A DNA stretch of 64,000 nt, from the NCBI GenBank assembly GCA_021842145.1, contig JAKCBW010000002.1, positions 3,954-67,953 on the forward strand, in the 5' to 3' direction. Origin of the DNA: Actinomycetes bacterium. Its GTDB lineage: Bacteria; Actinomycetota; Acidimicrobiia; Acidimicrobiales; Acidimicrobiaceae. Made by a program: the position numbers and the translations under genes. The notes under the pieces are model-generated. The model saw only the letters and a program-made list of their open reading frames with translations, was not told the origin of the DNA and did not search any database. Numbering within the stretch: the stretch's first letter is position 1; every line of letters starts with the position of its first letter. Shown here in pieces: positions 30,158-39,671 of the stretch.

Positions 30158-30946
30158 TTGACGATTAAGATATGGAAAAAACAGAAGTCGCCTGATCGAT
30201 CCCTTGAGTCAAAGGGATCGATGCCGCTGCTCGAACACCTGGCAGAGCTTCGCAGGCGGCTCGTAATATCTGCTGTCGCCGTAACCGTGCTTGCTATCGC
30301 AAGTTATGGCTTTTATGGTCATATGCTCGCTTTCCTGCTTCACCCGCTTTGCATTGCAGAGCCAAAGAATCAGTGCAAACTCTACGTTACGTCGCCACTG
30401 GATGGGTTCGCACTTCGAATCAAGGTCGCCGGTTACGCTGGACTCTTTTTTGCGTCACCGGTCGTGTTACTTCAAATTTGGCGTTTTATTGCGCCAGGAC
30501 TCAAAAACTCTGAACGAAAGTACTCCCTTATCTTTGTTTCATCGTCGATATCGCTGTTTACGCTCGGGGGGTTTGTGGCCTATACCGCATTCCCTCATGC
30601 ACTTCAGTTTTTGCAAGGAGCGGCTGGTACTTATGTACATCCGATCTACACGCCACAAAGTTATCTCAATCTTCTGCTAGCTCTGATGGCAGCTTTTGGG
30701 GCGGCTTTTGAATTTCCCGTGGTTTTGATCTCCCTCGAATTGCTTGGCGCCGTAACACCAAAGAAACTGGCGCAGTCGCGTAGATGGGCTATCGTAATTA
30801 TCTTTGCCGTAGCAGCGGTGTTTATTCCAAGTTCAGACCCGTTTTCACTCTTTGCCCTAGCTTTGCCGCTGATTTTCTTTTATGAAATCTCGATCTTGAT
30901 AGGTAGATTGGTGCTTAGAAGGCGGGCGTCTCCTTTAGCAAGTTAG
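30158..30946 (+). CDS. tatC: Twin-arginine translocase subunit TatC
   Basis: 'MPLLEHLAELRRRL' and six TM helices. The true start may be the ATG at 30221. Confidence 0.9.
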   Translation: MTIKIWKKQKSPDRSLESKGSMPLLEHLAELRRRLVISAVAVTVLAIASYGFYGHMLAFLLHPLCIAEPKNQCKLYVTSPLDGFALRIKVAGYAGLFFASPVVLLQIWRFIAPGLKNSERKYSLIFVSSSISLFTLGGFVAYTAFPHALQFLQGAAGTYVHPIYTPQSYLNLLLALMAAFGAAFEFPVVLISLELLGAVTPKKLAQSRRWAIVIIFAVAAVFIPSSDPFSLFALALPLIFFYEISILIGRLVLRRRASPLAS

Positions 30947-30956
30947 GTTCGAAATT

Positions 30957-33659
30957 TTGGATTCAGGCTTCCGCGAAGTATTTATGGGCCAGGTCGGTTT
31001 TGAACTGGACGATTTCCAGCTTTCAGCTTTCGACCTAATAGACCGAGGGGAGTCGGTCTTGGTGGCTGCTCCCACTGGTTCAGGAAAGACGCTGGTAGGA
31101 CTCTACGCAATTGGACGAGTGCTTAAACAGGGGGCTAAGGCGTACTACACGACGCCTCTTAAAGCCCTATCGAATCAGAAATATGTCGAATTTTGCTCTG
31201 CATTTGGTAGCGCAAACGTAGGTTTGCTGACTGGCGATAATTCAATTCGCCCAGACGCCGATGTAGTGGTCATGACGACAGAAGTTCTGAGAAATATGCT
31301 TTATGCAGGTTCTTCCGAAATTGACAAGCTGGGTCTGGTCGTGTTGGACGAAGTCCACTACTTGCAGAATCCCTACAGAGGTGGTGTATGGGAAGAGGTG
31401 ATTATCCACCTTCCGCCCACGGTATCGCTGGTGTGCCTTTCGGCGACCGTTTCTAACGCCGAGGAGTTTGCGTCATGGATGAAGACCGTCCGAGGTTCGA
31501 TGGAAGCGGTTATCGAGGAGCGCCGACCCGTTGAGCTCAAGCATCTCTACATAGTAGGCGACAAGAGAAGCGGAGCGACGGAGTTATTGCCGACATTTGT
31601 GGATGGAAAGCCGAATCCTGAGGGACATTCCTATGATGCACCTTGGCTTAGTGAAGAGATCTTCAAAAGGCGATCAAGGCCCAGGGCTTACCCGCCGAGC
31701 AGGGTGGACGTACTCGCGAAGCTCGCATCGGTGGAGGCACTTCCCGCAATCTACTTCATCTTCTCTCGCAACGGCTGCGACGAAGCGGTAAGGAGTGTCA
31801 AGCTTTCTGGATTGCGATTCACCAACCAAGCCGAGCGAAGCGAGATTAGGGAAATAGTTTCCGAAAGGACCCAGAATATTGACCCAGCTGACTTGGAAGT
31901 CTTAGGTTTTAGTGCTTGGCTTGATGCGCTGGAAGCGGGCATTGCGGCTCATCACGCCGGGATGGTGCCACCATTCAGGGAAGCAGTGGAGGCCTGTTTC
32001 GAGAGATCCCTCGTCAGGGTTGTTTTCGCTACGGAGACTTTGAGCCTCGGAGTCAATATGCCAGCTAGATCCGTTGTGATCGAGAAATTGACAAAGTTCA
32101 ACGGCGAGCGCCACGACCTACTATCTCCTGGTGAATATACTCAGCTTTCGGGGAGGGCGGGTCGAAGGGGTATAGACGAAGTAGGACATTGTGTTGTGGT
32201 GTGGTCACCGGCGACAACTTTCTCTCAAGCGGCATCTCTGGCTTCGACACGGTCATATCCGATTACCTCTTCGTTCCGTCCAAACTACAACATGGCAACA
32301 AATTTGGTAAAGGGATTCGCTCCCGACACCGTCAGACACCTACTCAACCTTTCCTTTGCGCAGTTCAGATCGGATTCAGAAGTAGTCGAGATTGAAGCAG
32401 AACTCGCCCGCTTGAGGCGACGCGTCGATGAAGCACGACGTGAAGCGGAATGTGGATTCGGGGATATTTGGGATTACCTCGACAGAAAGGTTAAGAGACA
32501 CCCTCCGCAGGTGGCCGAACGGCAGTTAACGATTCCTCCTCGGGTGAGGCTCGACAGATTGCGCCCAGGGGATGTTCTTGCGATTGACGACGGAAACTCG
32601 GCAAAGCTTCCACTGGTGGTTGTGTTATCCACGGGAGTCCGATCCAATCAGCGCGTAAAGATATTGGCAGTATCCGGCGTTGGCAGGGTACACCGTCTCA
32701 CTGGCGTTCATGAGGAGTTACTCCAAATGGTCGGTTCGGTGGCCTTGCCTCGCCCATATGCGCCGAGCGACACCACATACAAGAAGAAGCTGTCCGGACT
32801 GCTTACTCCATTTGCATCTCCTGTATATTCGCTGGTCGAACCGAAGATCGAAAGGCCCAACAGAAATCGACCTATCGTGGATGAAGAGCTCTTGCGACTG
32901 GAGGCCAATCTCCAAGAGTGTGATGATTTCAAGACCCACCTCAATTCGGCAAAGAAGGCAGAAAGGATCCAAGGACGTATATCTGAGCTCTCAAGACGGG
33001 TTAGGTCAAAGCTAGAGTCATTGGCAATACAGTTCGATCGAGTAGTAGAGATACTCGAGGACCTAGGTTACGTTGAGAATTGGCAGCTCAGTGAGAAGGG
33101 GGAGAGGCTTTCACGCCTTTATGCCGAGAGCGACCTACTCTGCTCAATGGCTATGGAGGAGGGTCTTTTTGACGGACTCGGGCCAGAAAGCCTTGCTGCG
33201 CTAGTTTCGACCCTAACCTATGAAGCCCGGCCGCAATTTCGAGGAGACCCGGGTTTGCCCACCAACGCCGTTGCTGTCAGATTTAGGCGCATTCTGGAAT
33301 TGAGAAAGTCCTTAGTTGCCATGGAAGGGAAGGCCAGAATACCCCTTACCCGAGAGCCAGACGCAGGATTTTCTCGGATGATTTTCCGATGGGTGCAGGG
33401 AAAGCCTTTGCTGGAAGTATTGGGACCCGAGAGGCTTCCGGCGGGCGATTTTATTCGAAACGCAAAGCAGCTTTTGGATCTCCTTCGGCAAATTAGAGAT
33501 GTCGCTCCGACTCAAGAGGTTCGCCTTTGTGCAGACAAGGCGTGTCGAATGATTTTTAGGGGCGTGGTAGCGGCTTCTTCGCAGGTTTACTTTGACGTGA
33601 AGTCACTCGAACGACAGGGTAACCTGCCGGAACAGGCGGCAAACTCAGAGCTTAACTAA
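30957..33659 (+). CDS. helY: Ski2-like DEAD/DEAH-box RNA helicase HelY
   Basis: 'APTGSGKT', 'LDEVHY', 'SAT' and 'QLSGRAGRRG'. 900 aa. The synteny after tatC matches mycobacteria. Confidence 0.9.
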   Translation: MDSGFREVFMGQVGFELDDFQLSAFDLIDRGESVLVAAPTGSGKTLVGLYAIGRVLKQGAKAYYTTPLKALSNQKYVEFCSAFGSANVGLLTGDNSIRPDADVVVMTTEVLRNMLYAGSSEIDKLGLVVLDEVHYLQNPYRGGVWEEVIIHLPPTVSLVCLSATVSNAEEFASWMKTVRGSMEAVIEERRPVELKHLYIVGDKRSGATELLPTFVDGKPNPEGHSYDAPWLSEEIFKRRSRPRAYPPSRVDVLAKLASVEALPAIYFIFSRNGCDEAVRSVKLSGLRFTNQAERSEIREIVSERTQNIDPADLEVLGFSAWLDALEAGIAAHHAGMVPPFREAVEACFERSLVRVVFATETLSLGVNMPARSVVIEKLTKFNGERHDLLSPGEYTQLSGRAGRRGIDEVGHCVVVWSPATTFSQAASLASTRSYPITSSFRPNYNMATNLVKGFAPDTVRHLLNLSFAQFRSDSEVVEIEAELARLRRRVDEARREAECGFGDIWDYLDRKVKRHPPQVAERQLTIPPRVRLDRLRPGDVLAIDDGNSAKLPLVVVLSTGVRSNQRVKILAVSGVGRVHRLTGVHEELLQMVGSVALPRPYAPSDTTYKKKLSGLLTPFASPVYSLVEPKIERPNRNRPIVDEELLRLEANLQECDDFKTHLNSAKKAERIQGRISELSRRVRSKLESLAIQFDRVVEILEDLGYVENWQLSEKGERLSRLYAESDLLCSMAMEEGLFDGLGPESLAALVSTLTYEARPQFRGDPGLPTNAVAVRFRRILELRKSLVAMEGKARIPLTREPDAGFSRMIFRWVQGKPLLEVLGPERLPAGDFIRNAKQLLDLLRQIRDVAPTQEVRLCADKACRMIFRGVVAASSQVYFDVKSLERQGNLPEQAANSELN

Positions 33660-33663
33660 TCGG

Positions 33664-33681
33664 ATCACTTTTAATAGTGAT
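33664..33681. promoter_or_regulatory. Inverted repeat ATCACT-N6-AGTGAT between helY and the ThyX-like gene (weak terminator or operator)
   Basis: Read directly. It lies 5 nt after the helY stop. A TAGTAT -10-like hexamer follows 9 nt before the ThyX-like ATG. Confidence 0.3.
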
Positions 33682-33725
33682 AAATTGGCGGCTACTTTGA
33701 TGCTTGCGCCTAGTATGGCGCGACT

Positions 33726-35339
33726 ATGCACGAGGGGACGAGCGACAACAGATCTGAAGAATTTTCCGAGGATGAGCGGGAGGTTTTGGATCACTATTTT
33801 ACCAACTTTGATGGCTCGGTTTTCTGCCTGCGTAATTTGAATGAGACCGTGAAGGCGGCACTATTTAGTCGGTATTCGCGTTCAAAGAATTCGATGCGTA
33901 GGGTGTTTTTGGACGAGTTCTATCACCAGATCGACCACAGTGGTGATCGAAGCCAACTTGAAATGGGTGGAGAACGAGCCAATAAATTGTTTCGGCGAGT
34001 TATAGCGGAGTACGGAGACGATTCGGTTGCCCAGTTGGCAGGTGTTCATATCGCTTTTGAAGGGGTCTCAAACGTCCTGACGAAGGTGATTGAAAGGCCA
34101 AGGTTGATGTCCTACCTCGAACAGTCTACGAGGTACCTCAGCTTTGGGAAGCGGGCCGACGGAACCTACCCCTTTAGTGTTCCGCCCGAATTGAGCCCCG
34201 AGGATTCCCTCACCTACTCGAGGTCGATGAATGAGGTGTTTGGCCTCTATGAAATCACAGCGGCCAAGGTACGAGGATACCTTGAAGCAAATTTGTCGGA
34301 TAAGAGTGACTTGGATATGGTGCGCGCGGCACAGGCTGCGTCGTTCGACGCAGCGAGGGGTGTGCTTCCCGCCAGTGTAATTTCCAATGTCGGGGTATTT
34401 GGCTCCCCTCAATCGCTTGAGAGTTTGATAATGCACTTGCGGGCATCGGAGCTTAGTGAAGCCAAGATTCTTGCCGAAAGGGCCAAGGCAGAGCTAGAAA
34501 AGGTAGTTCCCGCCTTTATATCTCGCTTGGACCAGCCTGACCGGGGACTTCGATGGGTCGAATATCTTTCGTTGACTAAGGCTGCCACGAGGGAATTTGT
34601 CGGCAGGCTGGTTGGAAAGGAAGAAGCGTATGGTAGTACGGTCGAAGTCTCTCTCTACAGCTTCGATCCCGATGGCGAAGCCCGGATTGCCCGAGACATA
34701 ATCTGTGCCGAAAGCCGACTCTCCATGGACCAAGCACGAGAAGTGGTGTCACGGCTGAACGCTATCCAGCTAGATGAACTATTTTCTGTCTACGCCGGTG
34801 ATAGGGCGAACAGGAGACACAAACCAGGTCGGGCTTTTGAAGCGACCCAATATGGCTTTGACGTGGTTTCAGACTACGGGTCTTTCCGGGACATGCAGCG
34901 CCATCGACTTTTGTCGATAGAGTGGCAGACTCTCGACACTTCTTTGGGTTACAACGTTCCAAGTTTGGTGAACGAAGCAGGCGCTGGGGATGATTTTTGT
35001 CGTGCTATGGAGATTTCCCGTGAAGCCAATGAGGAGTTGAGTCTTCGTTACCCCAAGGCGGTAGCTAGCTATGCGGTGTGTATGGCGTACCGAATTAGAT
35101 ATCAGATGCTGATGTCGGCACGAGAAGCGATGCACGTGTGCGAACTCAGATCGCAGCCGTCCGGCCATCCCAGTTACCGCAGGATTGCCCGAGAAATGCA
35201 TCGGTTGATAGCCGAGGAGGCGAAGCATTATCGAGTTGCGGCGTCGATGATATTCGTCGACGGCAATGATGAAAAGTTGGGTCGATTGGAACAAGAGAGG
35301 CGAATTTCTGAGAAAAAGCGCCTATTTCTACCAGAATAA
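33726..35339 (+). CDS. Double-length FAD-dependent thymidylate synthase (ThyX)-like protein
   Basis: There are two ThyX-like signature regions: 'RPRLMSYLEQSTRY' in the N-terminal half and 'QRHRLLSIEWQT' in the C-terminal half. 537 aa. Confidence 0.7.
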   Translation: MHEGTSDNRSEEFSEDEREVLDHYFTNFDGSVFCLRNLNETVKAALFSRYSRSKNSMRRVFLDEFYHQIDHSGDRSQLEMGGERANKLFRRVIAEYGDDSVAQLAGVHIAFEGVSNVLTKVIERPRLMSYLEQSTRYLSFGKRADGTYPFSVPPELSPEDSLTYSRSMNEVFGLYEITAAKVRGYLEANLSDKSDLDMVRAAQAASFDAARGVLPASVISNVGVFGSPQSLESLIMHLRASELSEAKILAERAKAELEKVVPAFISRLDQPDRGLRWVEYLSLTKAATREFVGRLVGKEEAYGSTVEVSLYSFDPDGEARIARDIICAESRLSMDQAREVVSRLNAIQLDELFSVYAGDRANRRHKPGRAFEATQYGFDVVSDYGSFRDMQRHRLLSIEWQTLDTSLGYNVPSLVNEAGAGDDFCRAMEISREANEELSLRYPKAVASYAVCMAYRIRYQMLMSAREAMHVCELRSQPSGHPSYRRIAREMHRLIAEEAKHYRVAASMIFVDGNDEKLGRLEQERRISEKKRLFLPE

Positions 35340-35418
35340 GTTGGAATGAAGCGATTATATGTAGGTGTTTGGATCGAGGCAGTTAGTATTCGGTCGAACA
35401 GTTTGTGCAGAGGTTGAG

Positions 35419-36018
35419 ATGGCCAGGAAAAAAAAGAGCGAAGAATTAGTAGATGAGGTCGAGGAAGTTGGCAAAGGGCTTGATCCTCTGGCCGAAGACC
35501 ACGTATTCGAAGACGAAGAGGATGACGAGACCGAAGGTTTTGGCGAGGAGCCAGATTTTATTTCAGAAGAGGATTTCGAGGAAGAGGAAGTCGAATTCGA
35601 CGACGATATTGATTTCGACGACGACGTAGATTTTGTAGATGTCCTTGAAGATGATCTCGTAGACGACATCGATGACGTCCTTGTAGACGACGAGGTAGAA
35701 GACGATGAGGACGATGAACTCGAGACAGACGATGACGAATCGGCACTTGAAGACTCGGCTGAATCCGACGAAGATGATGATGATTTTGACGATATCGATG
35801 AAGACGAAGTCGAAGCGAGCCTCGACGACATACTTCGCGAGCGCCTGGTAGTCATTGACGACGACGATGACGATCTAGAAGCCGATGATCGAGGAGAAAC
35901 GATAACGAGGGTGCTCCCGAGGCAGCCCGATGAATTCGTATGTCAGTCATGCTTTCTTGTGAAGAAAAGAAGCCAGTTGGCCGATCCAAAGCGCTCATTC
36001 TGTCGGGATTGCGTCTAG
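35419..36018 (+). CDS. DUF4193 family protein (hyper-acidic, C-terminal CxxC..CxxC)
   Basis: An Asp/Glu-rich body and the conserved tail 'DEFVCQSCFLVKKRSQLADPKRSFCRDCV'. The start is placed at 'MARKKKSEE'. Confidence 0.75.
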   Translation: MARKKKSEELVDEVEEVGKGLDPLAEDHVFEDEEDDETEGFGEEPDFISEEDFEEEEVEFDDDIDFDDDVDFVDVLEDDLVDDIDDVLVDDEVEDDEDDELETDDDESALEDSAESDEDDDDFDDIDEDEVEASLDDILRERLVVIDDDDDDLEADDRGETITRVLPRQPDEFVCQSCFLVKKRSQLADPKRSFCRDCV

Positions 36019-36028
36019 GTTTTCTTCC

Positions 36029-36574
36029 ATGACTCAAGAGGAAGGCCCGACCTACGGTCCCGAAGGTTTTGACCCTAGAAGTTTTGTCAAGGATGTCGTC
36101 TATTTTTCGGTTGGAGTAACGTCAGCCTTGGCAAAGGCGGTCCCTACCGCGGCCAAAGACGGCGAGAGAATAGTTGCTGAAAAGATTCAGTCGGCGGAGA
36201 TGGTAGGTAGGCTCACCGTCGGCTTTCTGAGACATAGCTATGGACCGAAGGTCGATGAAGTAGTCTCTGGTGTGAAGAAGCTCTTTGGAGGAGCTTCAGG
36301 CGGTAATAAAGAAGATAGAAGCCGAGATAACGCAGCGGACAGAACTGCTGGGGAAGCTAAGCCATCGCAATCGGCAGGTAATTCTGGAGTGGTCGGAACG
36401 ATTGCCAACTACGATCAATTGACTGCTGCTCAGGTAATACGACACCTCGAACTTCTCGGCGAAGAGGAGCTCGCCGAAGTTGAGGGATACGAACTAGCTG
36501 GCAGGAGACGAAGAACTATCCTGAATCGCCTTTCTGAGATTCGTGAAAATCGCATTGCGCAACAAGGCGATTAG
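36029..36574 (+). CDS. Hypothetical protein
   Basis: 181-aa ORF. The C-terminal helix-hairpin-like segment 'YDQLTAAQVIRHLELLGEEELAEVEGYELAGRRRRTILNRL' resembles Rho_N/SAP-like motifs. No firm family assignment. Confidence 0.4.
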   Translation: MTQEEGPTYGPEGFDPRSFVKDVVYFSVGVTSALAKAVPTAAKDGERIVAEKIQSAEMVGRLTVGFLRHSYGPKVDEVVSGVKKLFGGASGGNKEDRSRDNAADRTAGEAKPSQSAGNSGVVGTIANYDQLTAAQVIRHLELLGEEELAEVEGYELAGRRRRTILNRLSEIRENRIAQQGD

Positions 36575-36737
36575 CTGCTATCCTCCGTTTATTCAACTTT
36601 GCGGGTCAATGCCGTATGCTGTTTCGGTGAGTATTGATGGGTGGATAGAAGTCCGTAATTTTAGAGTTGTCTTCGGGTGGCTTGACTTTGCGGGCATGGA
36701 GGCTTCTGACTCTTGAAGGTTTTGTCTGGGTTTAATA

Positions 36738-37208
36738 GTGACTTCAAGTGAGTTCCCCCATTTGGTCGTGAGACGCCAAGTTTCGGAGGACAAACCCGCG
36801 GTCAAAGATTTACAGATGCATTTCCTGTCCGAGGTGTCGAACCTCCGAGGAGGCGAGGAGCTTGTGCGAACCGTTGGCGCTGCATCTGAAGTCGAAGAAA
36901 GCACGGTTTTGGTAGTCGGCGAAATCGATGGGTGTATAGTTGGCTACTGTTCGGTGGTTTTTGGACCTAACGATACTGGAACAGTGGATCAAATCTATGT
37001 GGAACCAGGAGCTAGGCGAATAGGTGTTGGCGAGGCATTGCTTGAGGCGGTTGTCAAGTTGGCTTTTTCCCGGGGTTTAAAGAGTCTCGATGCGCTTGCC
37101 CTGCCTGGCGCACGTGAAGTGAAGAATCTGCTCGAGGGGCTTGGTTTTAAAGCCAGGCTGCTGGTGCTGAAACTATCGCTGGCTGGTTTCGACAGCCGGA
37201 GCGGGTAG
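36738..37208 (+). CDS. GNAT-family N-acetyltransferase
   Basis: Acetyl-CoA binding motif 'IYVEPGARRIGVGEALLEAVVKLA'. Confidence 0.75.
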   Translation: MTSSEFPHLVVRRQVSEDKPAVKDLQMHFLSEVSNLRGGEELVRTVGAASEVEESTVLVVGEIDGCIVGYCSVVFGPNDTGTVDQIYVEPGARRIGVGEALLEAVVKLAFSRGLKSLDALALPGAREVKNLLEGLGFKARLLVLKLSLAGFDSRSG

Positions 37209-37215
37209 GGGACCA

Positions 37216-37635
37216 ATGGACCTCAAAATAGCGGTTGCGGCGATTGTCGTTTGTGATGGAAAAATCCTTTTGGTGCAGCGGGGCAGGGGCATCGGGATAG
37301 GCAAGTGGGCACCACCAGGAGGCAAACTGGAACCAGGGGAGACCCTGCAAGAAGCGGTAGAACGCGAACTCCTTGAAGAGACAGGTGTATTAGCAAGGGC
37401 GACTACACCTGCGGGCTGGGTTGAAGTTCACAATGAGGAAAGCAGATACTTGATCATTGATTACTATGTGGAACTCGTCAACCCGGATCTTTCGGGGAAC
37501 TTACCTGTTGCCGGTGATGACGCTAAGGATGCCCGATGGTTCGAAATAACAATGGTGGGTGGTTTGGATCTGGCGGACGGTGTAGTTGGTCTGCTTCGTG
37601 AAATTAATCTCTTCCCACCAGCCAAGACGGCCTGA
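37216..37635 (+). CDS. NUDIX hydrolase (MutT-like)
   Basis: Nudix box 'GGKLEPGETLQEAVERELLEETGV'. Confidence 0.85.
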   Translation: MDLKIAVAAIVVCDGKILLVQRGRGIGIGKWAPPGGKLEPGETLQEAVERELLEETGVLARATTPAGWVEVHNEESRYLIIDYYVELVNPDLSGNLPVAGDDAKDARWFEITMVGGLDLADGVVGLLREINLFPPAKTA

Positions 37636-37793
37636 CCCGCTAGCACGAGTTGAATTAACGCTGAAGAAGTATCACTCCATCGACCTACGTTGATTCCATT
37701 GGCATACGCGTGGGTCTATTTCCCCTTGTTCAAGGGTCGGCCGTCATGGTATGTCAAGATTCAGCCCCAATGCCGATCGATGTCATTTGTCGG

Positions 37794-38564
37794 TCACTTC
37801 CCGACCCATTTGGGGGGACGTTTTTCTATGAACGCTTGGAGACCTTCGTTTAAGTCGTCGGAATTCATTACGTTCATCAGGGCATCGCTGGATGCTTTGA
37901 AGAGTTCTGAGTCGCGGTGTCTCTGAGCGAACTGCATTACTCCAAGCGATTCCCAAACGGAAAGCGGTGCATTTTCGCAGATTTGCCTAGCAAGGCCGAG
38001 AGCGGTTTCTAGGGCAGTTCCATCTTGGCAAAGTCGATTTATCATCCCGTGTTGGGTTGCCATGGCTGCGGTGATCGGATTTCCAGTCAGAACCATTTCG
38101 GTAGCGATACTCGCTGGAAGTCGGTCAAAGAGTCGAAAGAGTCCGCCTGCCCCCGCTACCAACGATCGTTTTACTTCTGGTAATCCGAAGGTGGCTTGGT
38201 TGCTGGCCACGATCAGGTCGCAGGCAAGGACTATTTCGCAGCCTCCTGCTAGTGCGGGACCCTCCACCGCGGCGATAAGGGGCTTTCTCCGTTGCCTTCT
38301 GGCAATTCCGGCAAATCCTCCCTTTGTAGTGGACAGCTTGTCGCCATTTCCTGCGGCAATTTCCTTTAAATCGGCCCCGGCAGAGAAGACTGGCGGGGAA
38401 CCAGTGAGTATTCCGATCCATAGATTTTGATCCAGTTCCAGTCGATCAAGCTGACCTTCAATCTCCTGTGCTACCTTTGGGTTAATAGCGTTTCTAGCTT
38501 CGGGTCTATCGATGGTGATGATCAGCACATGATCAATAGTTTCCGCCCTAAGAACTTCTTCCAC
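37794..38564 (-). CDS. Enoyl-CoA hydratase/isomerase (crotonase) family protein
   Basis: 'ITIDRPEARNAI', 'FSAGADLKE' and 'AAVEGPALAGGCEI'. Confidence 0.85.
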   Translation of the reverse strand: MEEVLRAETIDHVLIITIDRPEARNAINPKVAQEIEGQLDRLELDQNLWIGILTGSPPVFSAGADLKEIAAGNGDKLSTTKGGFAGIARRQRRKPLIAAVEGPALAGGCEIVLACDLIVASNQATFGLPEVKRSLVAGAGGLFRLFDRLPASIATEMVLTGNPITAAMATQHGMINRLCQDGTALETALGLARQICENAPLSVWESLGVMQFAQRHRDSELFKASSDALMNVMNSDDLNEGLQAFIEKRPPKWVGK

Positions 38565-38754
38565 TGACTCCCCTTTATCCTTGCCTTGATATGACCTTAG
38601 CCTTGTTTATCATTCCAAGTCGGGCGGCAATGGAGCTGAATTTGAAGCGCAGCAGTTACTTAAGACGCTGCGACTGGCGTCACTTGTGAATCACCTAACA
38701 CTTTCATAATGATTTAGTAATAGCTCACTTACATAGCCATACCATACTGATGAT

Positions 38755-39318
38755 ATGAAATTTGCAACTTTTATCACTAAAAAACGCTTAAGCTTTGCCG
38801 TAGGTGGAGTTGCCATGATGGGCGGCTTAGCCGCTTTGGGATTGTCACCTGCTATGTCGAATGTGTCGTCAACCGGTCCGACCAGCATCGTAGCGCCGGT
38901 AGCTCTAAATCGTGCAACTACGACGGTAAAAGGTGCCGGCAAGGGCTGGTTACCCTGGCTAATGCGAGGTCAAGAGGTGACGGTGGCCAGGACAAGTCAT
39001 TCTGGAAAGACGATTACGTTTTCCTTTGACAGGGGGTTGGTGACTGGGCTTTCGCCTACTTCCATTACTATCGCGGGTCCAGCTGGCGTTAGTATTACGG
39101 AAAGTATCAGCCAGAGCACTAAGTTTGGGAAGCTTTCCCTACAACAAATGCAGACCGACTTTGGCGCAGGAATCAAACTTCATGCCCGGTTAATTGAGAA
39201 GAATAACGTCTTGACTAGGGTTGTCGCTTTTCAATCCGGACCAGGAAGTAAGGGTCAAGGTAATTCTGCGCCTAATTCTCAGCCTGGAATTGCTTCGAAA
39301 AGTGGTGTAACTGCTTGA
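38755..39318 (+). CDS. Hypothetical secreted protein
   Basis: The N-terminal signal-like segment 'FAVGGVAMMGGLAALGLSPAMS'. No recognisable domain. Confidence 0.4.
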   Translation: MKFATFITKKRLSFAVGGVAMMGGLAALGLSPAMSNVSSTGPTSIVAPVALNRATTTVKGAGKGWLPWLMRGQEVTVARTSHSGKTITFSFDRGLVTGLSPTSITIAGPAGVSITESISQSTKFGKLSLQQMQTDFGAGIKLHARLIEKNNVLTRVVAFQSGPGSKGQGNSAPNSQPGIASKSGVTA

Positions 39319-39522
39319 AAGTACCTATACCGAAGTTTTGCTTAGTCTCCCAGGTGCCAGGGCTTTTACTCGCCTTCCAATGTTTTTGCTCGGCGTAAGC
39401 GGTTTTCGGGTACCGTGGAAATCTATGCCCGAAGTGCTGATGCCAATCGATGACTACAAGCAAACTAGAAGGTGTTTGTAGCTCCTATCCATAGCTGGGT
39501 GGCAGTTGTGCCATAAAATACG

Positions 39523-39551
39523 ATTCGAGGGGCCACTCCGGCCCCTCGAAT
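39523..39551. terminator. Perfect 12-bp stem / 5-nt loop hairpin between convergent genes (bidirectional terminator candidate)
   Basis: attcgaggggcc-actcc-ggcccctcgaat read directly. It is GC-rich and flanked by an A/T-rich sequence (the T-tract is best on the minus strand). Confidence 0.65.
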
Positions 39552-39671
39552 CAATTAATAATCCCAGCGAGGGATCGGAGCGGTCTCCTTAGATGAATCA
39601 TATCTAAATGAGGTTACGGACGGGCATTTTACCGACTTCGGCGGCCGCTTCTCGATCAAGATGATCGCGTA

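Noticed and set aside
35355-35855. 166-aa poly-Ser ORF on the minus strand
   Set aside because: It is the antisense reading of the GAN-rich (Asp/Glu) DUF4193 gene. It is extremely low in complexity and has no start context. The plus-strand frame ends in the conserved DUF4193 zinc-ribbon.
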